Assembly: GCF_947568905.1 (NCBI RefSeq)
Contig: NC_079167.1
Span: 6,820,001 to 6,884,000 of the forward strand
Reading direction: 5' to 3'
Length of the DNA stretch: 64,000 nucleotides
Source: Ostrea edulis
Taxonomy: Eukaryota
The notes below the pieces were generated by a model, which was given only the letters and a program-made list of their open reading frames with translations, was not told where the DNA came from and ran no database searches. A program made the translations under genes and the position numbers. Below are positions 1 through 12,100 of this stretch, in pieces. Numbering within the stretch: the stretch's first letter is position 1; every line of letters begins with the position of its first letter.

Positions 1-501
1 GATCCACCCCTTGTAAAAAAAAAAATCTTCGATTTACGGCGCATAAAAAGAATGCGCATGGTTTAGGCCTTACATTGTTGTATTCTTGCAAAATCTAATA
101 TAAAAAAAATCTTACATATTTTCCGACTATACTTGTGTCCAACCTTACCTTCAAACATTCATTAAAGCCCCATACGACCCCAAAACCCACTGTTTCAAAT
201 GATTTCGTTTGCTGACGTACCTATGTCCCAATGATTTTTCAGAGAGCTACAGATTATTCTGTACAAAAATGAAAATGATTTACATTAAGTACGCAATGAA
301 GGTATTCAACGACAAGTGTATTACACTGTAGTTTATTATTGATCCAAAAAGGATTCTGGGAAGAAACTTCTGTCAAGAAAATATCATAATCAGTTAAATA
401 TAAAGTGCGTTGTGGTGAAAAAGTGCAACATTAGTATTTCTAAATCAAGCAATTTAGAAGTTCAGTAGCTACCATGTATAAGGGACGAATTATGGATTGA
501 A

Positions 502-832
502 GATTGAAGTCAGCATTTCGCAAATTCTATGGTCGTTATAACGATCTAGTTCGTCAATACAACCTCGCATTGGGTCAAATGCTGTCTGACGTGTTTCATA
601 CCGATTGTTAAGCCGTTCTTGGCACACTGATTTGACTGCGGATAACTCCGTTTACCTGATCAGGATATGGGGCTCACGGCGGGTGTGACCGGTCAACAGG
701 GGATGCTTACTCCTCCTAGGCACTTGATCCCACCTCTGGTGTGTCCAGGGGTCCGTCTTTGCCCGACTATCTATTTTGTATTGCTTGTAGGAGTTATGAG
801 ATTGATCACTGTTCGTTATCTTCACCTTGCAT
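502..832 (+). mobile_element. 5'-truncated 3' end of a non-LTR retroelement (ORF C-terminus plus 3' UTR); clade not determined
   Basis: 504-611 reads LKSAFRKFYGRYNDLVRQYNLALGQMLSDVFHTDC*, followed by a GC-richer tail ending ATCACTGTTCGTTATCTTCACCTT. Pieces of the same tail recur at ~13305-13332 (+) and ~23485-23550 (-). The family is recognised from memory of bivalve repeats only. Confidence 0.7.
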
Positions 833-1624
833 GGAACGATAAATTTGCTGAGATAGTTTGGACCATAGCTACACTGCATGGTACAACGCTATACTTTCAC
901 ATCATGTTGAAGAGTTTACAACCACAGTCCACATCATGAATCGCTAATAGTTCGAGAAGCTTTTCAAAGGTATCGTCATTTATCGAAGATATTTAACTTT
1001 CCTTTCAATTATCCCATTAGTAAGTTTTTAGTAATAAAAACTAGTAGACGGGGTATCTATCGAGGCCATTTGATGACCTGTGAAATGTTGAAATGACCAA
1101 TCTGAAATGGGTCACATCAGTATAGTTTTCATATCAACTGATCTAAGCCATTTCAGTTGCATATTTAAAAGTTTTTTTTACCTACTACTGCTTGCATTGT
1201 TCAGAGCGATGTTGTGCTCAGGTTGCTTTTAATTTGAAAGTAAGAACAAATCTTTAAAAAGAATATTCTTTAAAACTTTACTGGGAAAAAATACTGGCCC
1301 TTTAGGAAGAAGAGTTTTTAAGAAATTTTATTATTTGATTGACATTTGAATGTCCTGTGGAATTCACTTTTTTACGCTATTTTAGTAGTATTGTTTTAAA
1401 AAAGTGTTCTGTTTGTGGTGTGTATACAGGTATCTGCTGTGAAATTGTAGTGTAATGGGGAAAATGTGAAGGTGAAAGAGTGACGGTACAATATTATACA
1501 TATTATGTATTTCTGATAAGTAAGCATCATAAATGCACACTCAGGATAATTTTTTACGAAAATGAAGAGGTGCACATATGTACTGGTTATTAGGGAAATG
1601 TAGATTTAAAACATCACAGAATTA

Positions 1625-1900
1625 AAGGGATGAAATATCACATCGTTCGCAAGAGTTAAACAATTCAAGAGATGAAATATTAATATGATTTGCAAGAGCT
1701 GAACAATTCAAGGGATGAAACATGAATTAACTTGATTTGCAGGAGTTGAATAATTCAAGACTTGATATATTATTCTATGACTTTCAAGAGATGAACAATT
1801 GGTGCAAGAGTTGACACAACCTATGATTTGCAATTAAAAGATGAATAGTTCAGGAGTTGACAATTCTGTAGTTTGCAAGAGTGCAATATTTTAAAGAGAT
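1625..1900. repeat. Degenerate tandem repeat, ~43-47 bp unit
   Basis: The TTTGCAAGAGTTGAACAATTCAAG(A/G)GATGAAA motif recurs (CAATTCAAG at 1661 and 1704, TAATTCAAG at 1751) and decays to the right. Confidence 0.6.
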
Positions 1901-2724
1901 GATACATTTTCTTGAAATATTTTTAGCAATATTTGTTTTGACTACATGTAGTTATTCTTTTAGATTACCACGTGTGGAAACAAATGGGAATTTTAAAAAT
2001 TCCACCGAAGAGCCTCGATAAGTAATGTAAAATTCAGTCGCAAAAGCAAAACCTGTTTTCAGAATCTTCATTCTGCCTCAAATCAGTTTTACAAATCTAT
2101 CAATAGGACTTGGTGCAATTTTTACATGCCAGGGCAGTTCAGTTGCTACATTTGCTATGGATTTGAAATTTGATCATCATACACGTGACAATGAAGTTAA
2201 ATGCTATAATCCAGATCGTAATGCTGCTTTATTGACAGTACATGTATGTGGATTTTCAAACTTGAATTTTGATCTGCTTCTTGTTTTCTTTTTTCACCTT
2301 CAAGGCATCAATTCTCCCCTAGCAGCATAGGCATTACACAGAATAGATGTATACAGTATACAGCATTGATATATTTACTTTGTGACATTGTGCCGTTTGT
2401 CAACACAATTCAGTACTTTCGTTACTTTGATTTTTTTGTGTTTAAAACTTTACTTTCTTTCTTTTTCATTCATTGAGCAGATATATTAATCACACTTGAA
2501 TTTATAAAACACCTGCATTTATAAGTTTCATTTTGATAAAAAAAAAAAATCAAATAACGTGTTTATCATAATGCAAATAAAATTTTCATATTGCATTAGT
2601 GTATTTCCACGTTTGAATCAAATTCCATACATTTAAAATTGTTGAAAACAGCAATTCTTTCTTATCAAGTGAGTATATAAAATTGTTTCTTAATCAAAAA
2701 ATGTCATATTACATTTTCTGTGCG

Positions 2725-3045
2725 TTAAGGAGGAATGCTGCACCAGAGAAATTTGATGTGAATGAAAAATGGAGGATATGTGCAACAATATTTTGAAATT
2801 GAAAACTTTCAAATTTACTTTATATCGTGAAAAAAATGCACTTTTAGTAAAAAGTAATCTGGAAATTTTTTTAAACCTCTGCCAGATTCAAACCCGCGAT
2901 GTACAGTTCAGCAGTCGACGTGCTAACCCGCTGAGCTACTCAATTACGCATAGGCAATGAAATTCGAATGGAAAAGACAAATATTGCTTTTACTTGTATA
3001 TTTTCATTTATGGTTTAAAAGGAAGCTGTGGAGTATCCCCTTCAA
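2725..3045 (-). mobile_element. TTAA-flanked non-autonomous DNA element with tRNA-like core, copy 1 (degenerate end)
   Basis: Starts TTAAGGAGGAATGCTGCACC and aligns in reverse with 6340-6667. The tRNA-like core is at ~2878-2945 on the minus strand. Confidence 0.8.
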
Positions 3046-3178
3046 ATTTTAACGGCCGCTATGATGCTCACGTCAAAATTATCTTGTATTGACTGATTTT
3101 AACAGGGTTTTTTAAAATTCAGATCAAATTATTAGTTTCCGCACTGCCATGGTGTGTAAAACGTTGCTATTTTCGATT

Positions 3179-4199
3179 ATCTTGTGATGTATATTCAATA
3201 TCTTGTGATGTATATTCAATATCTTGTGATGTATGTGCAATATTTTGTGATGTATGTTTGATATCTTGTGATGTACATTCAATATCTTGTGATGTATGTT
3301 CAATATTTTGTGATGTACATTCAATATCTTGTGATGTATGTTTGATATCTTGTGATGGTTGTTCAATATCTTGTGATGTATGTTTGATATCTTGTGATGG
3401 ATGTTTAATATCTTGTGATGTATGTTCAATATCTTGTGATGTATATTCGATAATCTTGTGATGTATGTTCAATATCTTGTGATGTATGTTTGATATCTTG
3501 TGATGGATGTTCAATATCTTGTGATGTATATTCAATATCTTGTGATGTATGTTCAATATCTTGTGATGTATGTTTGATATCTTGTGATGTACATTCAATA
3601 TCTTGTGATGTATGTTCGATATCTTGTGATTTACATTCAATATCTTGTGATGTATGTTTGATATCTTGTGATGTATGTTCAATATCTTGTGATGTATGTT
3701 CGATATCTTGTGATGGATGTTCAATATCTTGTGATGTATGTTCAATATCTTGTGATGTATGTTCGATATCTTGTGATGGATGTTCGATATCTTGTGATGT
3801 ATGTTCAATATCTTGTGATGTATGTTCAATATCTTGTGATATATATTCAATATCTTATGATGTATGTTCAATATCTTGTGATGTATGTTCAATATCTTGT
3901 GATGTATGTTCGATATCTTGTGATGGATGTTCGATATCTTGTGATGTATGTTCAATATCTTGTGATGTATGTTCGATATCTTGTGATGTATGTTCAATAT
4001 CTTGTGATGGATGTTCAATATCTTGTGTTGTATGTTCAATATCTTGTGATGTATGTTCAATATCTTGTGATGTATGTTCGATATCTTGTGATGGATGTTC
4101 AATATCTTGTGATGTATGTTCGATATCTTGTGATGTACATTCGATAATCTTGTGATGTATGTTAATATCTTGTGATGTACATTCGATAATCTTGTGATG
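3179..4199. repeat. 21-bp minisatellite, ~49 units (ATCTTGTGATGTATGTTCAAT)
   Basis: ATCTTGTG recurs every 21 bp from 3179 to 4189, with point variants (GGAT/GTAT, TCG/TCA, TTTG). Confidence 0.97.
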
Positions 4200-6339
4200 C
4201 CCGCTTGATGATGGCTGATAGATATACAAAATTGATATATAGCGGTCATCTGGTTTCTCCTATGTGAAAACTTTGTGGGATGTTTTGATCTCCGTCTTTC
4301 CCTGAACAATCTTACTAATTGAGCCTGAAGGTCAATATAATAGATAATCACTGCGCATATAAACACATTTGAACTAAAAGTACAATACAGGTTTATTATC
4401 ATGTGATTAAATTGACTAAAACGCAAATATAAGGAATACCTTTCAGTATTTGAAAGATAACTCAAACCTCTTCACACCGAAATACTAGTATATTTCATGG
4501 AGCGCTAACTGACACTACAGCTCATTTTGCGCAAAAAGCATGAAATGACAATTTCCCCAGAACTTTCTAAAATTCTGTTGCATAGTTGAATGTATAAACT
4601 CTGCGAAAATAACACTTATCTAAAGTTGTAAATTTTCGTTTTAACCCCCAAATTAATTCTTTCTCATGGCCAATACAAAAAAATCAAAGTACTGAAAGTA
4701 CGAAAGTACTGAAAAGCGCTAAGCTGACTTCATATATGTTACCGAGGAGGAAAAACAGGAGAAGTTCAAGCATTAATGTTTAATTTTATACAACTAGATA
4801 ATACATTTTCTGTAAGGAAATAACATACATGGATGTCCTGAGCCTGTTTACCATGTTGAATATAAACTTTATAATGGCGTTGATAAACACAAAAGCAAAA
4901 AGAAAAATTCACACAATTACATATATCAAGTAGCAAGTACCAACATAATAATGAAGGTATACGAAATACTTTACATCCCTTTCATCACTTTACCAGAAAT
5001 CATTTAGATGTACCTAATTATATGCATCTTTATGGCTCTGAATTCACTGCATAATTATCGGTAGCAATCAAAGCATGAAAGTTGGGTTATTTTTTGTAAT
5101 CAAAAATGAGGTTGACTTCAATTCAAAGTCAGGTTGGATAGAATGTGAATCCAAAGTTCTAATATGAAAAAAATCATAAAAGAAGTGACTAGCAATAAAC
5201 ATCATAAAACGCTACAAGAGTAATTTGCAAACAGTATTTTTCAAACTGTTACGTTATACGTAAATAAAAATGACTGGTCTCCTAACAAAGAGAGATCGCA
5301 GAATAGCAACAGGCAGAATCAGTCCAATATTGACAGGTTTAGCTTTTTAAAAAAAGTTTAGAGATTCAGCCAGCGAAATTTCCATAATCAAATCACACAA
5401 ATATTATATATGCAAATCATATATCATATGTATTTTGGTATAATCATATTCCAAGCAGGGAGAGGGTATCGCTCTCCATGGACTTTGATAAGAATCTTTA
5501 CTACTAATTTCCTCCTGTTAGAAAAAATGAAGAGGTATATCGCCGAAAAACTATTTAAAAAGATTTCATATAAAAAGATCATTCGCAGAAAAAATGAGGG
5601 AATGGGGAATACAGGTTGTGAAACCATGCCCTTCCTTCATACGTTCGGCAATATTATATGTTTAAGTAACAAGAATAGATATGGGTTACCCCATATCCAA
5701 GATATTCGACTTTTAATTTACTTGAATTTTCACTATGCTCGGCTGATCTCTAAGAAAAGACTGCACTTGTTATGAAACTGGTGTATAGTACTCAATGTCC
5801 GTAGCAAACACCGTCACCAGTCTTTTGTCAATAGCAAACAGTGCATACACCGGTGCTTGCAAGACATATGAAAAAATTGATAGATGGCACAAGTACGGTA
5901 CAAAGATATTTATGCTTTTTTGTCGAATGATAAAGAAGGAAATCAAGTAAAAACAAATTGAAAACACTAATATTTTTCATTGTATGTTGCTGTAGACCGC
6001 AATCAGTTTAAGGCTCATGCTTGAAACAATGACAATTTGCAGTATTTTCCTTAGTAGAGACATATATATTTTATTTCTGATACACGTGCACAACAGAAAA
6101 CGTGCGTGTCGGATAATATTGTGTTCTATCTCAAATTAAAATTAGTATGATGTACTCATCCGACTTCTCCTAACCGTTCTGGAAAAAAAATTCAAATTTA
6201 AATCGTCATTTCAAATCCATTTTAGAGAGAGGGAGAAGAAAGAATCAAAGGCCTCAAAGTCGACTCGTCCACGATTTCCAACAAGGGGTGGTGGTGAGGG
6301 GGGGGGGGTATATATGCAGCACCGTCTTATAAGATTTAA

Positions 6340-6667
6340 TTAAGGATGTACTCTACATCGTCATAATGGATGACTTCCTTTTATAACATGGATGAAAATT
6401 CAATTATCAGCAATATTTGTCTATTCATTATAGATATTTTCGCCTAGCTGAGTAGCTCAGTAGGCTAGTATGTCGACTGCTGAACTGTAGATCACGTGTT
6501 CGAATCCAGCAGGGGTTTTAAATTTTTCTCAGATTGCTTTCTACTAAAACTACATTTTTTTTTTCTAAATAAAGTAAATTTGAAAGTTTTCAATTTTAAA
6601 ATATTGTTGCACATATCCTCCACTTTTCATCCAAATCAAATTTCTCTGGTGTAGCATACCTCCTTAA
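6340..6667 (+). mobile_element. TTAA-flanked non-autonomous DNA element (Kolobok-like termini) with tRNA-like core, copy 2 (most intact)
   Basis: TTAA at 6340-6343 and 6664-6667. Termini are GG...CC with an imperfect 16-bp TIR (GGATGTACTCTACATC vs GGAGGTATGCTACACC, 12/16). A-box TAGCTCAGTAGG at 6453 and B-box GTGTTCGAATCC at 6496. TTAA plus RR...YY termini fit Kolobok; Crypton is not excluded. Confidence 0.85.
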
Positions 6668-7449
6668 TTTTGAATCTTTAAAGCATAGTAAAACAAAATG
6701 TACAAGCATATGTATTATGCTTAACTATATATCTTTGGAATTTCAACGTCACAAACTAGGAACACGACACATCGGCTAGAGGAATACACCCATAAAGCTT
6801 CAAAAGTTGTGTGAACATAAAAGTTCAAGATCAAAGGTCACCGTGACTATTCATGGTACCCAGCACATCTACATGAAATGATCACTTATCGGTACATATC
6901 AAATATCAAAAGCCTACCACAAAAAACAAAACAGTTACAGCCCGGACACAATTTGTAGCAGGTATCGATACAAATTTAATTTCTTGAAGTCTTCAAATAT
7001 CTTCCTTCGTTCTGCTTACATGGCGTATTCCCGCAAAAATGTACCACGTGTTTATGTAAATAATGTTAACTCGTTCGTTGTTTATTTATTAAAACACAGC
7101 AAATATAGAATTCGTTAATTTATTTCAGATAAACCGGGGTATTTTCGTCAGAATTCTGTTAGAATATTAGTTCAAAAATAGCAATATCATTTATTTCCAC
7201 GGAAAATCGAAGTCCTTATGCATCCTCACCCTCTCCCTCTTTATATTCTTGCGCGATTAAAAATATTTCGATAGACTTCATACGTCTTTCCCCATTATTG
7301 TTTGACTAAGATTTTAATATATCATATATGACTTTATTAACCATGTTGACAAATTTTAAATTCAATGAAAGATATGCACTGTCTGCTTTCATATCCGTAG
7401 TATCATCTTCTCCCAACTGTATTCAGTTGCAGACCTGCTAGGTCGATGC

Positions 7450-7524
7450 CATCGTCCGATACCCACGGTTGACCTCGTCTTCTACTGAGTAGAAGACGAG
7501 ATCAGCCGTGGGTATCCGACGATG
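7450..7524. mobile_element. 75-bp palindromic MITE with exact 9-bp TSD
   Basis: 37-bp arms (CATCGTCCGATACCC... / ...GGGTATCCGACGATG) with 3 mismatches and a 1-nt loop. GGTCGATGC is duplicated at 7441-7449 and 7525-7533. Confidence 0.9.
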
Positions 7525-8789
7525 GGTCGATGCCTGATTCTAAAATACACTCACATTCTTTCACAAACAATTTGTGCGTTCCATCGACATTAAGAATTTA
7601 ATGTATACGGCAATGATTTCATTTAACAAATCAATAAACATACACTGCCAGTCAAACTATATTCAGTTGCGTATGAGCTAGGGTGGTATTGTGAAGCGGT
7701 GAATCCGCAGGACGGACCTGATACTAAGAAAGTAGCTCGCTACGCGAGTCGACTCAAAACCCCCATCCGAGTACGCGATTTTGTGAACACAGGAAAAAAT
7801 CCTCTTTGATTAACCAGCAAAATATATTATACACACTTTTTCTAAATTCTGTTTTAACTGAAATACGTGGCCACCCCTTTCATTTACAAATTTACATTCT
7901 TGACAAATTTTCAAGATACGCAATAAAATAATGCTCCATTTCGATGATCACAATGAGAACATTGCAACAGTAAAATGCGTCTACAATCCGTCGTATTTAC
8001 CATGTGTCCTGTCCACGTGCCTACCGTGTAATAGCTTAATGACGTGAACTCTAATTACATAATGCACTCTGCGAAAATATTGATTTTCTTGACCTCTAAC
8101 CGCTATGCGAAGGTTACAGTGCGCAGACACCATAATCCCAAAAATCAGTAACGAATCGTTTTCATCTACAGATTCTTATTGATGTTTTGTTTGTAAGAGT
8201 AAATTCCTTAATAAGCACTTTTTACAGACGTAGATTGAAATAGAAATTTTCAAAGAATAGCTTGCTTTTTGTGTCCCACTATTTCCCAGAATTCCAATTT
8301 CAGCCGATAGGTGGCGGTTATCTGTAAACGCGAACATCGAAATTAGAAATTGTTTGAACTGTGCGATGGTTATGAAAATGTGCTCATTAATTATTGTAAA
8401 AACATCGTTATTCAACTATGTATAACAATTAATGTAAATGTGTGCCCCATGAGTGTCCCATGTCCACTGACCATTGTGAAAACACTTTAGTGAAAACAGT
8501 TTTCATAACTGCATTGTTGTGCAACCTTTGATCATTAATTACAAGCTTACAGTAACTTAACTATTAGAAGTTTTTATTTCAAAACAAAATGATCCAACCA
8601 AAGTGTGAATAAAAACATATGAAATAAAATCTGGGGGGGGGGGAATATAAAAATAAAAATAAAAAAATAAAATAAATGCATCTATTTTTTAATCAGTTTG
8701 ATATAAATAATTAATTTTCACTACAGAAAGTTAAAGAGAAATAAACAAAACAAACCCTTTTGATAGGTCTAATAAAAGTATCAATGAAA

Positions 8790-8977
8790 TTCGATAAACA
8801 ACTTGCATGTAATTAAAATGTAATCTAAATGTAATCATGATTACAGGAAAAAATTAAAGTAATCAATTACAATTACGATTACATGTAATCTAAAAGAAAA
8901 AGTTCGATTACAGATTACATTTGATTACATGAGAAAATGTAATCAATTACAGCTGATTGCGATTAATCGATTACCCC
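8790..8977. mobile_element. One end of a GTAATC/GATTAC-rich MITE-like element
   Basis: Dense GTAATC/GATTAC subterminal-type motifs end in ...TAATCGATTACCCC. The partner end was not found. Confidence 0.5.
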
Positions 8978-8981
8978 ATTT

Positions 8982-8983
<2 letters not shown>

Positions 8984-9017
<34 letters not shown>
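8984..9017. repeat. (TA)17 microsatellite in the presumed 3' UTR of the F-lectin gene
   Basis: Direct reading; it lies 80 nt past the stop codon on the minus strand. Confidence 0.95.
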
Positions 9018-9023
<6 letters not shown>

Positions 9024-9096
9024 GGTACATGTATCACAAATCAGTCTTCCAGATACAAGTCCACGGACAGCAGCTACTGTCAGCAGACTCTGGTCA

Positions 9097-9187
9097 CTAT
9101 CCTAGCCTCTGTGTCACTAATACTTCACACAGTAACAGGGACTGGGGACTCCTGTATCCATCTGTTCCTCTCCGGATTACTACATAT
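9097..9187 (-). CDS. F-lectin gene, last coding exon
   Basis: (R)YVVIRRGTDGYRSPQSLLLCEVLVTQRLG*; acceptor TTTCTATAG; TAG stop at 9099-9097. Confidence 0.88.
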
Positions 9188-12100
9188 CTATAGAAACAAA
9201 CGTATAGAAAAACACCTTTTTATATTCAACAGTATACCATGCCATGTCTCTTCCATATTCAGAACGGGTAATACTAGCTAGAAAATCATATATGAATGAT
9301 ACGATCCACAAATAAAATTCAACTGATTTATACCATTCTTGAGAAACAGACTTGATTTTAAAATCATATCTTTATATCAATGCTTTACACCAGAATACCA
9401 TTTATTCAGTTCCAATGGATGATAATGAAACAGACACACATTACCTTCCATTGGCGTTATAGCCACACGTGGTGATGATTGACGTGGACACCTCTGTCTG
9501 AATGAAACAAGGTGCTGGATTGCTGGAGTTTTCGGAAATGAAAATGGGTTCAGTCATTTGAATTGTGACACTTAAATTTCGAAGACCTGGAGCAAAGAAA
9601 ATTAAATATTTCTAAAAAATATCAATTATTTTTAGTCTTCTTTCCACAATATATATTTGTTTTGGTGTTCGAAAAGTAATATTCAAAGGAAAAATCAAAG
9701 TACTAGGCGTTGTGAATAGTGTGAATTGTAACATTTAATACGACTTTACCTAGACAACATTAGAAAGATGTAATACTACAAATATTTGAACAGCAGTTTT
9801 AAATACGCAACGTTAACCTAACACATATTGATAAAAGTAAGAAATAAGAAGATCAAGTACGCTATCATAATTAGAACATAGCTTCAGTGAATGAAATCTT
9901 TTTGAAAAATGACCATAACTGGTCCCTGTAATTGACGATACAACCAGTTTAATAAGTAACGTAGTAAAGAAAAAGTCCGGAAAACGGTGAAGGACAATAA
10001 TTGCTTTCGTGAAAATGGAAAAATCGATATGAAATTCAAACTTTATCTTTCAGTCATCAGTATAAACTACATGTACATGTATAAAGAGATGCATCAAGTA
10101 TAAGCTCTTGCCAGTACAAGTACAGCAACAACAAAAAGTCTGGAAAACAGTCTAAGAGCAGTAGCTTTGGTGAAAATCGGTCAATCCATATAAAACTCGA
10201 ACTTGATGTGAAGGTCATCAATATAGACACCATATAGCTGCTCATTATATACAAGCACAGCAACCAAATAAAGTCCGGAAAACTGAAGAATTTAATATTT
10301 TCTAAGTCTAAGGACAATTATTTTGGTGAAAATCGGTCGATCGACATGAAACTTGAAATTAATCTGTAAGTCATTTAAAAGAATTATACCAAATATTAGT
10401 TCATTATTTACAAGCACAGTCAAAAAATTTCCGGAAAACTTACTATGACAATCTAATTAAAACCAGACTGCTTAGATTCGTGCCGCATACTCTGCGATTG
10501 TGAGCGTATCTTAGGATCTGATTTTAATTAGATTGCTTACTATGACGGGATAACAGACAGTCAGGAGTAACACTATATGTCCAGAACATGGCGGGGGCAT
10601 AAAAACAGGGTTTTTTCTTAAATAAGTTGTTGATACCTTGATTAGGACTTCCTTTGATAATGACTGCCTCTATTGGTCTAATGGTTTTTAGGTCTACCCA
10701 CCACCATGGCCATATTTCCTCATCTACAAACAAGTAAACAAACAAATAAAAAGAAGAGTGAAAATATAGCGCTGCACTTTAAACAAAAGATTCTATAATT
10801 TATATTGATTATCTTATAAACAATGTACGTATTTCCTAGACTTCAATCCTATTAAAAGATTATATAATTTATATTGATTATCTTATAAACAATGTACGTA
10901 TTTCCTAGACTTCAATCCTATCAATTGATTATTTATAAACATAGATAGGAAGAGAGTAGACTTCGGGGTATTCTTATTGGATTCTCGTGGGCGTTTGTCG
11001 TTCTTTCTGTTTTTCCTCTGGTTACCATTTCACTGACTTCCTGTTAGCTATTCCGCTTATTGCTTTCCTTTTGATTATTAGATCATGGACTTCTTGTTAG
11101 CTATTCCGCTTATTGCTATCCGTTTGATTATTAGATCACGGACATCCTGTTAGCTATTCTGCTTATTGCTATCCGTTTGATTATTAGGTCGCGGACTTCC
11201 TGCTAGTTATTCTGCTTATTGTTATCCGTTTGATTATTAGGTCGCGGACTTCCTGCTAGTTATTTTGCTTATTGTTATCCGTTTGATTATTAGGTCGCGG
11301 ACTTCCTGCTAGTTATTTTGCTTATTGTTATCCGTTTGATTATTAGGTCACGGACTTTCTGCTAGTTATTCTGTTTGCTGTCCCTCTAATTATCAGGTCA
11401 CTGGCTTCCTGCTAGTTATTATGGGTTGGTTTTTGTTGCTATCTCTCTGATTACCAGGTCCCTTCCTTCCAGTTGCTCTATTGTTATCCCTCCAGACTTC
11501 CTGCTCGTTCTTCTCTTTGGTTTTTATGTTACACCTCGGATTACCAGGTTACTGACTTCCAGCTAGTTATTATAGGGTTTTTTGTTATCCCTCCAGGCTT
11601 CCTGCTCGTTCTTCTCTTTGGTTTTTGTTATATCTCGGATTACCAGGTTACTGACTTCCAGCTAGTTATTATAGGTTTTTTTTTGTTATCCCTCCAGGCT
11701 TCCTGCTCGTTCTTCTCTTTGGTTTTTATGTTATATCTCGGATTACCAGGTTACTGACTTCCAGCTAGTTATTATAGGTGGGGTTTTTGTTATCCCTCCA
11801 CACTTCCTGCTCGTTCTTCTCTTTGGTTTTTGTTATATCTCGGATTACCAGGTTACTGACTTCCAGCTAGTTATTATAGGTGGGTTTTTTGTTATCCCTC
11901 CAGACTTCCTGCTCGTTCTTCTCTTTGGTTTTTATGCTATATCTCGGATTACCAGGTTACTGACTTCCAGCTAGTTATTATAGGTGGTTTTTTTGTTATC
12001 CCTCCAGACTTCCTGCTCGTTCTTCTCTTTGGTTTTTATGTTATATCTCGGATTACCAGGTTACTGACTTCCAGCTAGTTATTATAGGTGGTTTTTTTGT

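Noticed and set aside
3124-4465. Long ORFs (432, 221, 159, 124 and 101 aa) with heptad repeats
   Set aside because: All are translations of the 21-bp minisatellite in different frames and strands, with no splice or domain support.
5410-5775. 121-aa ORF and an overlapping frame (FAEKMREWGIQVVKP)
   Set aside because: No recognisable motif, no convincing splice sites and no linked exons; at most a decayed fragment.
6445-6515. tRNA genes here and at ~2878-2945, 12440-12508, 17835-17903, 31380-31440 and 46990-47062
   Set aside because: A/B boxes are present, but acceptor and anticodon stems do not close and each is embedded in a repeated element.
11473-11757. 94-aa hydrophobic ORF resembling a membrane protein
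   Set aside because: Translation of the T-rich ~104-bp repeat.
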